Part shown: piece by piece, positions 19,946 through 28,603 of the stretch
Layout of the letters: every line of letters begins with the position of its first letter
How positions within the stretch are numbered: position 1 is the first letter of the stretch
Origin: Thermoplasmata archaeon
Lineage (GTDB): Archaea > Thermoplasmatota > Thermoplasmata > Lutacidiplasmatales > UBA184
Direction: 5' to 3'
Assembly (NCBI GenBank): GCA_022749815.1
Contig: JAKIWV010000001.1
Span: 452,124 to 516,123 of the forward strand
Length of the DNA: 64,000 nucleotides
The notes under the pieces: generated by a model
Seen by the model: only the letters and a program-made list of their open reading frames with translations
Told to the model about the DNA's origin: nothing
Databases searched by the model: none
Position numbers and translations under genes: made by a program

Positions 19946-20029
19946 TGAATGGTCAACCGTTGACGTTTTTCGGCGAGAAATCGGCAAATGTTGTCGGAGG
20001 GGGACCTTACTGAATTCTTCATATCCCCA
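19946..20029 (+). repeat. composite att-like repeat, copy B: a copy of the downstream flank of tRNA-Met (about 75% identical to 24103-24156), then 14 nt of the tRNA 3' end, then the 25-nt tail shared with copy A
   Basis: Copy B ggtcaaccgttgacgtttttcggcgagaaatcggcaaatgttgtcggaggggga versus the tRNA flank ggtcaattgccgaggcttctcggcgagaaaccgatgaaatgtgtcggagggggga. Positions 19991-20029 are 38/39 identical to 17563-17601. Confidence 0.7.
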
Positions 20030-20608
20030 ACCTGACCATCATCAGGACAGCGGGATTGCGCAATTACGTGAAAGCGAGATGACTCCACTCGCGCATCCAG
20101 CGGGCCTCCGGAGCGGGGGTGCACCTGGTGCACCCCGGCGGGTGGTGCATGAGGTGCACCTAGCCGCTCCTCATGTGGGGGATCGGGGCCTGGCAGGACA
20201 GGATTCTTCGGATTCTGTACCATGCTATTGAGCGACCCACCTTCCTGATCGAGGGACCCCCGCTTACACAACCCCCTCGTTAGAAAACGGAGCGAGCGGT
20301 TGGACTGATTGTCCGGGGGTAGGCAACCGGCCCTTTTCCGGAAGCAGAGATTGGTTCTGCGTAGCGAGGGCTCGTTTACGCGGCACGCGACCCTCATGAG
20401 CGGAGCGTGCGGTCGGTGGCCGGACCGCGGTCGGCGCGCGAGAAGCTCGCGGGGCGAACCCGAACAAGAAGCGACCGACGAATCTTTTACGGACTCGGCA
20501 TGTTCGGGTTCGATCAACGGGCGGCGGTCGGGAAAGGGCGATGAGGAAACTGAGACAGGCGACTAAAGCTCGAGCCCGATCGTTCGATCATCTACGGGAG
20601 GCGAGGGA

Positions 20609-21208
20609 TTGCCTTTCCCGAGAACTCTAGTTGCACACATGATCCTGACGCTCGACGGCGTCGCAAAGTTTGACTCGGTTCGTGCGGCGATCATGGAGAG
20701 TATAGATGAACAAGTCGAGAGAGACTCCGCCTCGAAGATTGCGGATGAAGATGCGATGCTCCTGGGACGGAAGACCTACGAAGAGTGGCTTCACTTTTGG
20801 CCCGATTCGGATATCGAGCCATTTGCGAGCCACATCAACGGGGTTCCAAAGTATGTGGTGTCAAGGACCTTGAAGTCGGTCACTTGGCCCACGAAAGGTG
20901 AGGCGCACCTCCTTAGCGGCGATCTGCGAGACGACGTCTTAGCCCTTAAGAATCAACCCGGCAGAAACATTGGAGTGCACGGCAGCCCCACGCTTGTCGG
21001 GTCACTGATTAAAGCGAATGTTCTCGACCTTTTGCGCCTCGCAGTCTTCCCCGTCGTAGCGGGGAGGGGCGCGCGGCTATTCGAGGACGGCTTCCCACCC
21101 GAACGGTTCCAACTTGTCGATTCATTGACGAGCAAGAGCGGGGTGGCGGTACTTACGTACAAGCCCCTCGGACGGCTCGAGCACGACGATTCGAAGACGG
21201 TGAGCTGA
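20609..21208 (+). CDS. dihydrofolate reductase family protein (RibD C-terminal domain-like)
   Basis: HMILTLDGVAKFD....LLGRKTYEEW..FW...........KYVVSRTLKS..W......GDL......LK.QPGRNIGVHGSPTLVGSLI is typical of RibD_C/DHFR-like reductases. Confidence 0.65.
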   Translation: MPFPRTLVAHMILTLDGVAKFDSVRAAIMESIDEQVERDSASKIADEDAMLLGRKTYEEWLHFWPDSDIEPFASHINGVPKYVVSRTLKSVTWPTKGEAHLLSGDLRDDVLALKNQPGRNIGVHGSPTLVGSLIKANVLDLLRLAVFPVVAGRGARLFEDGFPPERFQLVDSLTSKSGVAVLTYKPLGRLEHDDSKTVS

Positions 21209-21642
21209 GTCCTTCAGGTCCGAGTGTTTAGAGCGTGACCGTGGGTTTGAATCGGGACACGCGCGGTCGAGGACCGACCGCGATGAGCTTCCGGGTCTTG
21301 TGAAGAGTGGCGCGGCGCCACGCGACCTCAGCAAACCTACCCCTTTCGCGCTCGCCCGCTCGCGACTGACCTTCGAAGGCTCGAGGGTCAATTCGCGCTC
21401 ATACTCTCCGATCGCCGCGAGGACATTCCGCGCGAGCCGGCCCCATGGGGTCGAGGTATCCAGCCGTTGGTTGGTAACGACTACCCGGATTCCTTTCGCC
21501 GGGGCCCGCTGGAGTAAGGCGCGCGGTCGAGGGTTGCGAGTGGCGGCGGTCTTCGATTGGCGCTTTTTCGAGGACTGAACCCTCCGTTTCAGAGGGGTTC
21601 ATGTAGGCGAATCTTCCAGGAGTTGCCGAGCAAGATTCGGCG

Positions 21643-22713
21643 ATGGCCCCACGTCCGTTTCCTGTGTCACCACAGATGCCGCCCCCTTCACCTCCCCCGT
21701 TCGTCAGACTCCGATCCTTCCTCCGCCATCACCCGGTCCTCTTCCTCGTCCTGCTCGCGCCGCAGGTGGAGTACCTGAGCGGGTCGTCTCAACTCTCGTA
21801 CCTGGTCGGAGTTCCCCCAATCTTCTTTCTATTCCTCGCACAGAACCTTGGTTCCTACGGTCTGGCGGTCCTCCTGATACGGGAAGCCCGAATTCGGTGG
21901 AAGTTGGGCTGGGCCTCCGTCTTGCTACTGGGCGCAGCGTACGGTCTTCTCAACGAAGGGATCGGGGCGGCGACACTTTTCAACCCCTCACAAACGATCT
22001 TCGGTGGACCCCCGGGCTACAGCCACTTGCTGGGAGTAAACTGGGTTCTCGCCACTCAGCTGGTCATCGTCGTCCATCCCCTCTTCAGCGTCTCCCTCCC
22101 GCTCGTGGAGTTCGACCTCGCTTTTCCTGAGACCCGAGGGATGAGCCTCGTCAAGATTCGCCAGGCCCATCTAGCCCTGGTCGGCCTCGCAGCGGATGGC
22201 ATCTTCACCCTCCTCCTCGTGAGCGCGTACCTGCGCCACTATTGGGTCCCCCCCGTCCTTCTCGGCATTTGCGGAGCGCTCATCGGAGCGCTGGTTCTCG
22301 CGGCGAGGCGCGCGCCGTCTCAATGGCTTCTTCCTCCGAACCCCACTCCCACGGCCCGCCCCTTGACCTTCTTCGTGCTCGGAGCGGGGTTCTACTGGGC
22401 GCTCACCATCGGGAGCGGGGTACTGATCAACACAGTCACCGTGCCCGTGCTCGTCTCAACCTTCGTGGTAGGTGCAGGTGGACTCGCCCTTTTCTGGGTC
22501 GTCCGACATGCGGGGCGGCACGAGAACGAGCTCCAGTTCACGGCCTTGGCGGCCGGACTGGTGTTCGTTTCGCTCGCACCTCAGGGCTTCATCAGTCAAC
22601 TCGGAACGGGTCTAGCGGTGGTCCCGGTGGTCGGGGGGGACCTTCTCGCCCTAGCCTTTTTCCTGTACCTCTGGAAGCGATACTCCCCGTGCTCCCGACC
22701 AGGAGGCCAGTAG
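21643..22713 (+). CDS. hypothetical polytopic membrane protein (about 9 TM)
   Basis: 356 aa, hydrophobic throughout, Pro-rich N-terminus. No family assigned. Confidence 0.45.
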   Translation: MAPRPFPVSPQMPPPSPPPFVRLRSFLRHHPVLFLVLLAPQVEYLSGSSQLSYLVGVPPIFFLFLAQNLGSYGLAVLLIREARIRWKLGWASVLLLGAAYGLLNEGIGAATLFNPSQTIFGGPPGYSHLLGVNWVLATQLVIVVHPLFSVSLPLVEFDLAFPETRGMSLVKIRQAHLALVGLAADGIFTLLLVSAYLRHYWVPPVLLGICGALIGALVLAARRAPSQWLLPPNPTPTARPLTFFVLGAGFYWALTIGSGVLINTVTVPVLVSTFVVGAGGLALFWVVRHAGRHENELQFTALAAGLVFVSLAPQGFISQLGTGLAVVPVVGGDLLALAFFLYLWKRYSPCSRPGGQ

Positions 22714-22853
22714 CTGCAGCGGGCCTTGTTGCGGGGTGGGGATATCCCCGGGCGGGGCCCTCCACCTCCCTCGCGGTGATCAACAGACGCGTTTCCGGTG
22801 CCCCGTTGAGAGCGGGGGGACCGAAACCATCTGGCCGGTCCAGCGTCCAGTCG

Positions 22854-23915
22854 TTAAGAAGATCCCCCGATGAGAACTTTGGTAGCATCGACATTCAGTG
22901 GAGGATCAGCAATTTTAACGAGCTGCTTCCCGACGTTGTCCCCGGAAAAAAGGCGGGCGAGAGCCGCGGGGGCGTACTCCAGCCCCACCACGACGTCCTC
23001 CTTCGTCTTGAGCTGTCCGGAGTCCAACCACCCCTTGAGCGATGCGATCGCCTCGGGGAAACGATGGAAGTAATCTCTGCCCAGGAGCCCCTCCATTCGT
23101 CCGTTCACCATGATCAGCTGGGCGTAGTTCAACGGCCCGGGAACACGCGTGGTCGGGCGGTATCGGGCCGTGGTCCCGCAGAGCACGATCCGTCCGTGGG
23201 AGCGTAGGCGCTCCAGCGCCAGGTCCAGGATCGGCCCGCCGACATTGTCGAAGTAGATGTCGATCCCTTCTGGACAGAGTGCGTCGAGTCGAGAGGCCAC
23301 CTTCTCGCTCCGATGGTCAATGGCGCCATCGACCCTAGCTTCGCTGAGCAGCCAATCGCGCTTCTCCTTCCCGCCCGCGATCCCGATGACCCGCAGCCCC
23401 AGAATCTTGGCGACCTGCGCGGCGATCGACCCGACACCACCCGCCGCAGCAGAGACGACGAAAGTCTCGCCGGGGCGCGGTGTAGCGACCTCGGTCACTC
23501 CGAAGTACGCGACGATCCCGGTGATCCCGAGCGCACCCGCGGCCAGGTTAGGGGAGACGCCGGGAGAGACCTTGATGGCGTCCCAGTACCCCTTCCCATC
23601 GATCACGGAATAATCCTCCCAGCCGGAGGCGGCGTAGATGATGTCCCCTGGGGAGAACTGGGGGATCCTCGACTCGATGACCTGCGAGGACGCGAACCCC
23701 TCCATAAGGGTCCCCGGTGGCCTTCCGCCCGCTTCCGGTGGGGCCGTCAGACTCAGGACCTGCGTCGGGGCGACGTCAAGCCAGAGGTTCCTCACCAACA
23801 TCTGACCCTCCCCGGGCGAGGGAATCTCTGCTTGGGTCCACCGGAAATTATGGGCGCCGACCGGGCCTTCAGGCCGCTTCTCGAACAGCCATCGCCGATT
23901 CATACTAACCGACAT
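22854..23915 (-). CDS. NADP-dependent oxidoreductase, MDR family (alkenal/prostaglandin reductase / YhdH / CurA-like)
   Basis: Cofactor motif VSAAAGGVGSIAAQVAKILG, GKEKRDWL, and C-terminal FSGDNVGKQLVKI. Confidence 0.75.
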   Translation of the reverse strand: MSVSMNRRWLFEKRPEGPVGAHNFRWTQAEIPSPGEGQMLVRNLWLDVAPTQVLSLTAPPEAGGRPPGTLMEGFASSQVIESRIPQFSPGDIIYAASGWEDYSVIDGKGYWDAIKVSPGVSPNLAAGALGITGIVAYFGVTEVATPRPGETFVVSAAAGGVGSIAAQVAKILGLRVIGIAGGKEKRDWLLSEARVDGAIDHRSEKVASRLDALCPEGIDIYFDNVGGPILDLALERLRSHGRIVLCGTTARYRPTTRVPGPLNYAQLIMVNGRMEGLLGRDYFHRFPEAIASLKGWLDSGQLKTKEDVVVGLEYAPAALARLFSGDNVGKQLVKIADPPLNVDATKVLIGGSS

Positions 23916-24156
23916 CACGGACCTCGAGGAGCGCCGCCATGGCACCCCGGGTGCGAACCTGAAGGGCCGTACATATACTGAATCAGTTCAGTCTCGTATC
24001 GATTGAAATCGACGGGCTGACTCCGAAATCAACACGTTTTTGCACCGCAGGCGTTCAAAACCCACCCCCCATCCCGGACGGGCATCTAGCTGGTTCATGT
24101 CCCCGACATGCGAATGGTCAATTGCCGAGGCTTCTCGGCGAGAAACCGATGAAATG

Positions 24157-24263
24157 TGTCGGAGGGGGGATTTGAACCCCCGACCCCAGGATCTCTCCAG
24201 CGACCGAGCGGGGGCTCGGGCGCTCTATGAGTCCCGTGCTCTACCCGGCTGAGCCACTCCGAC
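24157..24263 (-). tRNA. tRNA-Met (or Ile2), anticodon CAU, with a 33-nt intron in the anticodon loop
   Basis: GTCGGAG-TG-GCTCAGCCGGGTAGAGC-A-CGGGA-CTCATA-[33-nt intron]-A-TCCTG-GGGTC-GGGGGTTCAAATCCCCC-CTCCGAC-A. G1:C72, so it is not an initiator. CCA is not encoded. Confidence 0.85.
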
Positions 24264-24308
24264 GGTGCGCCGCCCGGTCGGGAACTCCGTCGCGATCGGA
24301 GAGAGGGC

Positions 24309-25037
24309 TCACGCCGCCGGGACCACGCTCTCGTCCGCGGGGGGAGCGTCGGGAGCGGCGGGTCCGGACGGGCCAGTCTCGGCGGGCGGGGTATCCACGC
24401 CTGCGGGAGCTGCCTCGTCGGCGATCGGGCCGAGGATCTCGGACCGGCGGATCTCGATTTTTTTGAGGGGATAGAGCGTGCGGAGACCCTGGGAGAGCGT
24501 TTTGCCCAGGTCGCCCTGGAGCATCTCGCGGACAAAGTCGGCGGCCGTTCGCTTGGCCGCCTCGTCCACCAGGAGTTGTCGAAGTTTGTTTCGCAGCTCG
24601 CTGCGGAGGCGCGATTGCAGTCGATGCTCTCCCACCGCGACGGGCTTGAGCCGCATCTGGACCCCGTCCTTGGTGGTGACGAGGAGCGACGCGTCGATCT
24701 TTGAGCGCTTTCGTCGCGCGAGGCGGCGGACGTAGTCGGAGGTGAGGTCGTGGCCGATGAAACGCGTCTCGGCGACGTTCTCGCCACTGATTCGCTCGAC
24801 CTGGAATCGGAGCTTGATGTGGGCCTTCGAGATGTCTGCGCCGCCCCCGAGCTCCGAGAGCGTGACCTCGATCGTCCGACCCGCGAGCTGTTCGGGTTCG
24901 GTGGCCACGGTCTCGCCCAAGTCCACGTGCTGGAAGATCCCTGGGGCCCGGAGCTTGTACGAGCGCTTCGAGCGCCACTTGTCCTTGACGGTGCGGGCCA
25001 GGGTTGGCTTCTTCGTCGTGGACTCTTTGTCGGCCAT
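24309..25037 (-). CDS. rps3ae: 30S ribosomal protein S3Ae (eS1)
   Basis: MADKESTTKKP....KDKWRSKRSYKLRAPGIF....GETVATEPEQLAGRTIEVTLSEL is a clear S3Ae signature. Unusual Pro/Ala/Asp-rich C-terminal tail of about 35 aa. Confidence 0.85.
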   Translation of the reverse strand: MADKESTTKKPTLARTVKDKWRSKRSYKLRAPGIFQHVDLGETVATEPEQLAGRTIEVTLSELGGGADISKAHIKLRFQVERISGENVAETRFIGHDLTSDYVRRLARRKRSKIDASLLVTTKDGVQMRLKPVAVGEHRLQSRLRSELRNKLRQLLVDEAAKRTAADFVREMLQGDLGKTLSQGLRTLYPLKKIEIRRSEILGPIADEAAPAGVDTPPAETGPSGPAAPDAPPADESVVPAA

Positions 25038-25064
25038 CGGGGTGGGGCCGCCCACTGGGGATTC

Positions 25065-25078
25065 GTACTTAAATCTAC
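25065..25078 (-). promoter_or_regulatory. candidate TATA box for rps3ae
   Basis: The minus strand reads GATTTAAGTA about 30-40 nt upstream of ATG 25037. Confidence 0.3.
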
Positions 25079-25137
25079 TCTCTTGGGACCCCCTCCACCG
25101 GTGGCCAGTGCCGCCGGAATTTCGACCCGAGCAAAAG

Positions 25138-25144
25138 CTAATTA
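25138..25144 (+). promoter_or_regulatory. candidate TATA box (TAATTAG) for the AAA+ gene
   Basis: 25-31 nt upstream of the GTG at 25169. Lies in the divergent promoter region shared with rps3ae. Confidence 0.3.
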
Positions 25145-25168
25145 GACGCGCCCGGGCTCGGCGGCCTC

Positions 25169-26719
25169 GTGGCTGACGTGCCCTCCGCTGGCGCCCGGCC
25201 TGCTCCGTCCGTCGGCGCCCGTACCACCGCGGCGCAGCTCCGGGCGCTTGGGGCTCCGGTCCAGACCCCCAACGAGTTATTCCGGGCGGAGATTCTCCAT
25301 CGGATCGCCGAGACCCGGAAGCACGGATTCTCCCACACGGAGGCCGTGGCCGCCCTCTTCCCGCATACCGTCCTCCCCACCGAAACGTATGAGGACCTGG
25401 TGGCGGCGCTGGTCTCGGGCGCCCATCTGCTCTTTTTTGGGCCGTCGGGCGCCGGAAAGACCTCCCTGGCCAAGGAGCTCTGGGGCCTCTTCCCGAAAGA
25501 CCTCTGGGTCGTCGACGGGTGCCCCGTGGGGGACGATCCGCTCAGCCTCGTCAACCCGGACGTTGCCGAGCGGCTGCCGCCGTGCCCGATCTGCCGCCGT
25601 CGGTTCTCCCCGACCGGGGAGGTCGCCGCGTTCGACCCCGCCACCGTCGACCCGGCCAAGGTTCCTGCGGTGCGGGTGCGTCGTCGGGAGGGATACGGCT
25701 TCGCGCGACTTCAGGGTTCCAGCGAAGTGTTCCCGGATCACCTGACGGGGAACGTGAACCTGCGGAAGCTCGAGGAGATCGGGGACCCGATGAGCCCCCT
25801 CGTGCTCGAACCGGGAAAGCTGTTGCAAGCGAATCGGGGCCTCCTCCTCGTCGACGAGATCGGTAAGCTCCCTCTGGGCACGCAGAACGTGCTGCTCCAA
25901 TCGCTGCAGGAAGGAACGGTTACCCCTTCTAAGTCGCGCGAGAGTTTTCCGGCGCTGTTCGTCGCCGTGTGCACCTCGAACCTCTCCGACCTCGACAACA
26001 TCAACGACCCCCTCTCCGACCGGTTGACGAGCCTGCATGTCGGGTTCAACAAACGCCACTCCGCCAATCGCCAGATCGTCGACCGGTCGCGCGCCGAGAC
26101 GGCGGCCGGTTATGTTCCGGAGATCCTCCTCGACGCTGGGGTCCGCATGATCGAGGCGTGGCGGCTGCGGATGTCCGATGAGGATCCCGACATGGGGGAG
26201 GTCGGGTCGAACCGGACCTTGCTCGATGTGATCGCGCGGGCGGAGGCCTACGGGACCTTGGGGAGCCACCCCGTCCCTCTGCTCGAAGACCTGCGGGCGG
26301 GTCTCCTGCATGCCATGCGGGGCCGGATCCGGGCGCGCAGTGGGGACTCGTTCCAGCAGAATTCCAAGCGGGTGCAGGAGTTCCTCGACCAGCATCTGGA
26401 GCCGTCGTTGAAGGACAGTGCGAAGGTCTACTGGTGCCGCTATTTCCGGGATGTGCTCAAATCCAAAGAGGATGAGGCGCAGGGATTGATCGGGGAAGGC
26501 CGTCGCTTGCTGCCCGATGGCCCCCTCCAGACCCAGGCCCAGAACAAGGGGGACATGTTTCCTCGGTTCCACATCTTTGTGACCCACGTCCAGGAGCGGG
26601 AACACCCGCCGGCATCTCTCGGTCCCTGGCCGGCGGCGCTCGCCGAGTTCGCTCTGGTCGAGAAGTATTCCTTGTTCACGTGTGCCGAGGAGCCGACGGA
26701 TGACGGCACCGCCGGCTGA
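25169..26719 (+). CDS. MoxR/ChlI-clade AAA+ ATPase with an inserted Cys4 zinc-ribbon and a C-terminal extension of about 200 aa
   Basis: Walker A FFGPSGAGKTSLAKEL. Walker B/helix-2-insert-clade signature LLLVDEIGKLPLGTQNVLLQSLQEGTVT (compare MoxR DEINRA.PKTQSALLEAMQE.QVTI). Sensor region AVCTSN. Zinc ribbon CPVGDD...PPCPICRRRF between Walker A and B. Starts with GTG. Confidence 0.7.
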   Translation: MADVPSAGARPAPSVGARTTAAQLRALGAPVQTPNELFRAEILHRIAETRKHGFSHTEAVAALFPHTVLPTETYEDLVAALVSGAHLLFFGPSGAGKTSLAKELWGLFPKDLWVVDGCPVGDDPLSLVNPDVAERLPPCPICRRRFSPTGEVAAFDPATVDPAKVPAVRVRRREGYGFARLQGSSEVFPDHLTGNVNLRKLEEIGDPMSPLVLEPGKLLQANRGLLLVDEIGKLPLGTQNVLLQSLQEGTVTPSKSRESFPALFVAVCTSNLSDLDNINDPLSDRLTSLHVGFNKRHSANRQIVDRSRAETAAGYVPEILLDAGVRMIEAWRLRMSDEDPDMGEVGSNRTLLDVIARAEAYGTLGSHPVPLLEDLRAGLLHAMRGRIRARSGDSFQQNSKRVQEFLDQHLEPSLKDSAKVYWCRYFRDVLKSKEDEAQGLIGEGRRLLPDGPLQTQAQNKGDMFPRFHIFVTHVQEREHPPASLGPWPAALAEFALVEKYSLFTCAEEPTDDGTAG

Positions 26720-28520
26720 AGTGGACGTCCCGCTACCGGACTGTTCGAACGTCGTAGAGGACGTCGAAAGCGACGACCTGCTGTCGGCGATCGACAGCGC
26801 GGCGGTCATCGAAGCGCTGGCCGAGCGGGGCCCCGGCGGCGTACGGGACCTGCTCCAAACGCGGGCCCCGGAGAACGTCGAGCTCGGTCGCAGGATCGCC
26901 CGCCTCCGGGAGCTGCTCAAGCGACAGGCCTCGACCCGAGTGGCCCGGGTGCTCGAAGAATACGACCGACGGACCCACACCATCGAGCTCGACCGCGCGG
27001 CCCGGGCCGACGAGCTTCGTCGGGAGATGGACGCCCTCGAGGCCCGCCTTGCGGAGGCCCGTCAGATCCACTTGGGGTCGATCCTCGGCGGTGCAGTGCT
27101 CGAGGACATCCAGCGCGCGCTGCTGCTCCCCACGGCTTCTTGGATGCAACCCCCGCCGCCTCCCAGCCTCTGGGAACGCCTCCGCGCGTTCTTCGCGAAG
27201 ATCGCCGCATTCCTCCGCAGATTGTTCGGCCGGGGCTCGCGTGCGAAATCTCCCCCGCGGAAGGAACGCACTCTTCCCATCGCGACGCTGCTTCCCGTGG
27301 GTCGGGCGCTGACCCCGTCGGAGCTCTCCGAAGCGCTGGCCCGGCTCACCCCGCGCCAGCACGAGGAGCTCGAAACCAGCGTAACGAGGGACATCTCGGA
27401 GCGCGAGCGAGCGCTCGCCCGAGAGGCGGAGGCGAAACGGAAGGAGGCCGAGACCCAACGACGTCGACTCGAGGAGGAGCGGACGGAAGCGCAGCGGAGG
27501 GCCCAACGGGACGCCGACCAGTGGGCCCGACAAGCCGAAGAGCAGCGACTCCAACGGGAACTCTCGGAACGCGGGCTCGTCTCGGAGAAGAACGGCCAGC
27601 TCTCGATCACGTACTCGCTGGTGGAACGGTTCGCGCGGCTCGTGCTCGAGGCCGAAAGCCGGGCCCTGCCCGGGGATGTCCGAATGAGCCTCAAAGGCGG
27701 CGCGTCCACCGGCGTGTACGAGAAGGCCCGACTACGGATCCCGGACGAGGTCGCCCATCTGGACATCCCGTCGTCGATCCTCGCGGCGCGACAAGCGGGG
27801 TCTCGTCACATCGATGAATCGACGAGCTATGTCTTCCGAGAGATACTCGCCGAGCGGGTCCACGTCGTTCTCGCCCTCGACAAATCCGGGAGCATGGGAG
27901 AGTCCGAGAAGCTGCCCGCAGCCAAGAAGGCGCTGCTGGCCCTCTACGTCGCGGTACGTCGTCGACACCCGGACGCCACGATCGACGTCGTGGCGTTCGA
28001 CAACGAAGTGCGTCTGTTGGACCTCCTCCAATTGTGGGAGACGCCGCCGGGGTCGTTCACGAACACCGGGGAGGCGCTGCGGACGGCCTTCCTCCTTCTT
28101 CGAGCGTCGCGCGCCAACCGAAAGGAAATGTTCCTCGTCACGGACGGCCTGCCGGAGGCGTACACCGACACCGATGGCCGGACCAAGAGCGGAAACCTCG
28201 ACCGGGCGATGGAATACGCCCTCGGACGCGCCCACGAGCTGGGCTCCGTGAAGCCGTTCCGCTTCACGATGGTCCTGATCAAGTCGGAGAACCCGGAGTA
28301 CGAAAAAGCGGCTCGGCTCTTGACGCACCAGCTGAACGGCGAGCTCGTCGTCACGGAACCGCAGCGGCTCGGGATCGAGCTGCTGGTTCGCTGGGCGAGC
28401 GGGAAGGAGCAGACCCGTCGCGCCGCTCCGGAACCCGGACGTACCCCCCGCGCGACGACTCCGCCGACCGGACCGAAGGGCGGGAAACGCCGTCGGCGGG
28501 ACCGACGAATGGGCGGCTAG
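26682..28520 (+). CDS. von Willebrand factor A (VWA) domain protein with a long N-terminal coiled-coil region
   Basis: MIDAS motif LALDKSGSMGE...TNTGEAL...FLVTDGLPEAY in the C-terminal 200 aa. Residues about 230-300 are charged heptad-like (EAKRKEAETQRRRLEEERTEAQRRAQRDADQWARQAEEQRLQRE). Overlaps the AAA+ stop, so the pair is co-translated. Confidence 0.7.
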   Translation: MPRSRRMTAPPAEVDVPLPDCSNVVEDVESDDLLSAIDSAAVIEALAERGPGGVRDLLQTRAPENVELGRRIARLRELLKRQASTRVARVLEEYDRRTHTIELDRAARADELRREMDALEARLAEARQIHLGSILGGAVLEDIQRALLLPTASWMQPPPPPSLWERLRAFFAKIAAFLRRLFGRGSRAKSPPRKERTLPIATLLPVGRALTPSELSEALARLTPRQHEELETSVTRDISERERALAREAEAKRKEAETQRRRLEEERTEAQRRAQRDADQWARQAEEQRLQRELSERGLVSEKNGQLSITYSLVERFARLVLEAESRALPGDVRMSLKGGASTGVYEKARLRIPDEVAHLDIPSSILAARQAGSRHIDESTSYVFREILAERVHVVLALDKSGSMGESEKLPAAKKALLALYVAVRRRHPDATIDVVAFDNEVRLLDLLQLWETPPGSFTNTGEALRTAFLLLRASRANRKEMFLVTDGLPEAYTDTDGRTKSGNLDRAMEYALGRAHELGSVKPFRFTMVLIKSENPEYEKAARLLTHQLNGELVVTEPQRLGIELLVRWASGKEQTRRAAPEPGRTPRATTPPTGPKGGKRRRRDRRMGG

Positions 28521-28603
28521 CGGGGCCGGGCCGGCGGGGGTTGCGACTGGAACCCTGCGCCTTTATCTCACGATTCCGTACGAACGACCGACTGGAGCGG
28601 CTC

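Noticed and set aside
19913-19950. tRNA-like T-arm (GGGTTCGAATCCC) with flanking AAGGG/CCCTT helix
   Set aside because: No D-arm or anticodon arm can be built on either strand, and the T-stem has a mismatch. It is treated as a tRNA-derived remnant and part of the integration-scar evidence, not a functional tRNA.
24095-24978. Overlapping Arg/Ser-rich minus-strand ORFs (230 and 245 aa) and plus ORFs at 24227-24735
   Set aside because: They overlap the tRNA-Met gene and are antisense or out-of-frame to rps3ae. Their conserved-looking FLAEK..QLTI peptide is just the repeated att-flank read in-frame.
25277-26983. 568-aa minus-strand ORF
   Set aside because: It is wholly antisense to the AAA+ ATPase, whose Walker A/B and sensor motifs are unambiguous on the plus strand.
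26733-28328. Several 130-270-aa ORFs on both strands inside the VWA gene
   Set aside because: Alternative-frame artefacts. Only the plus frame shows the MIDAS motif and a coherent coiled coil.
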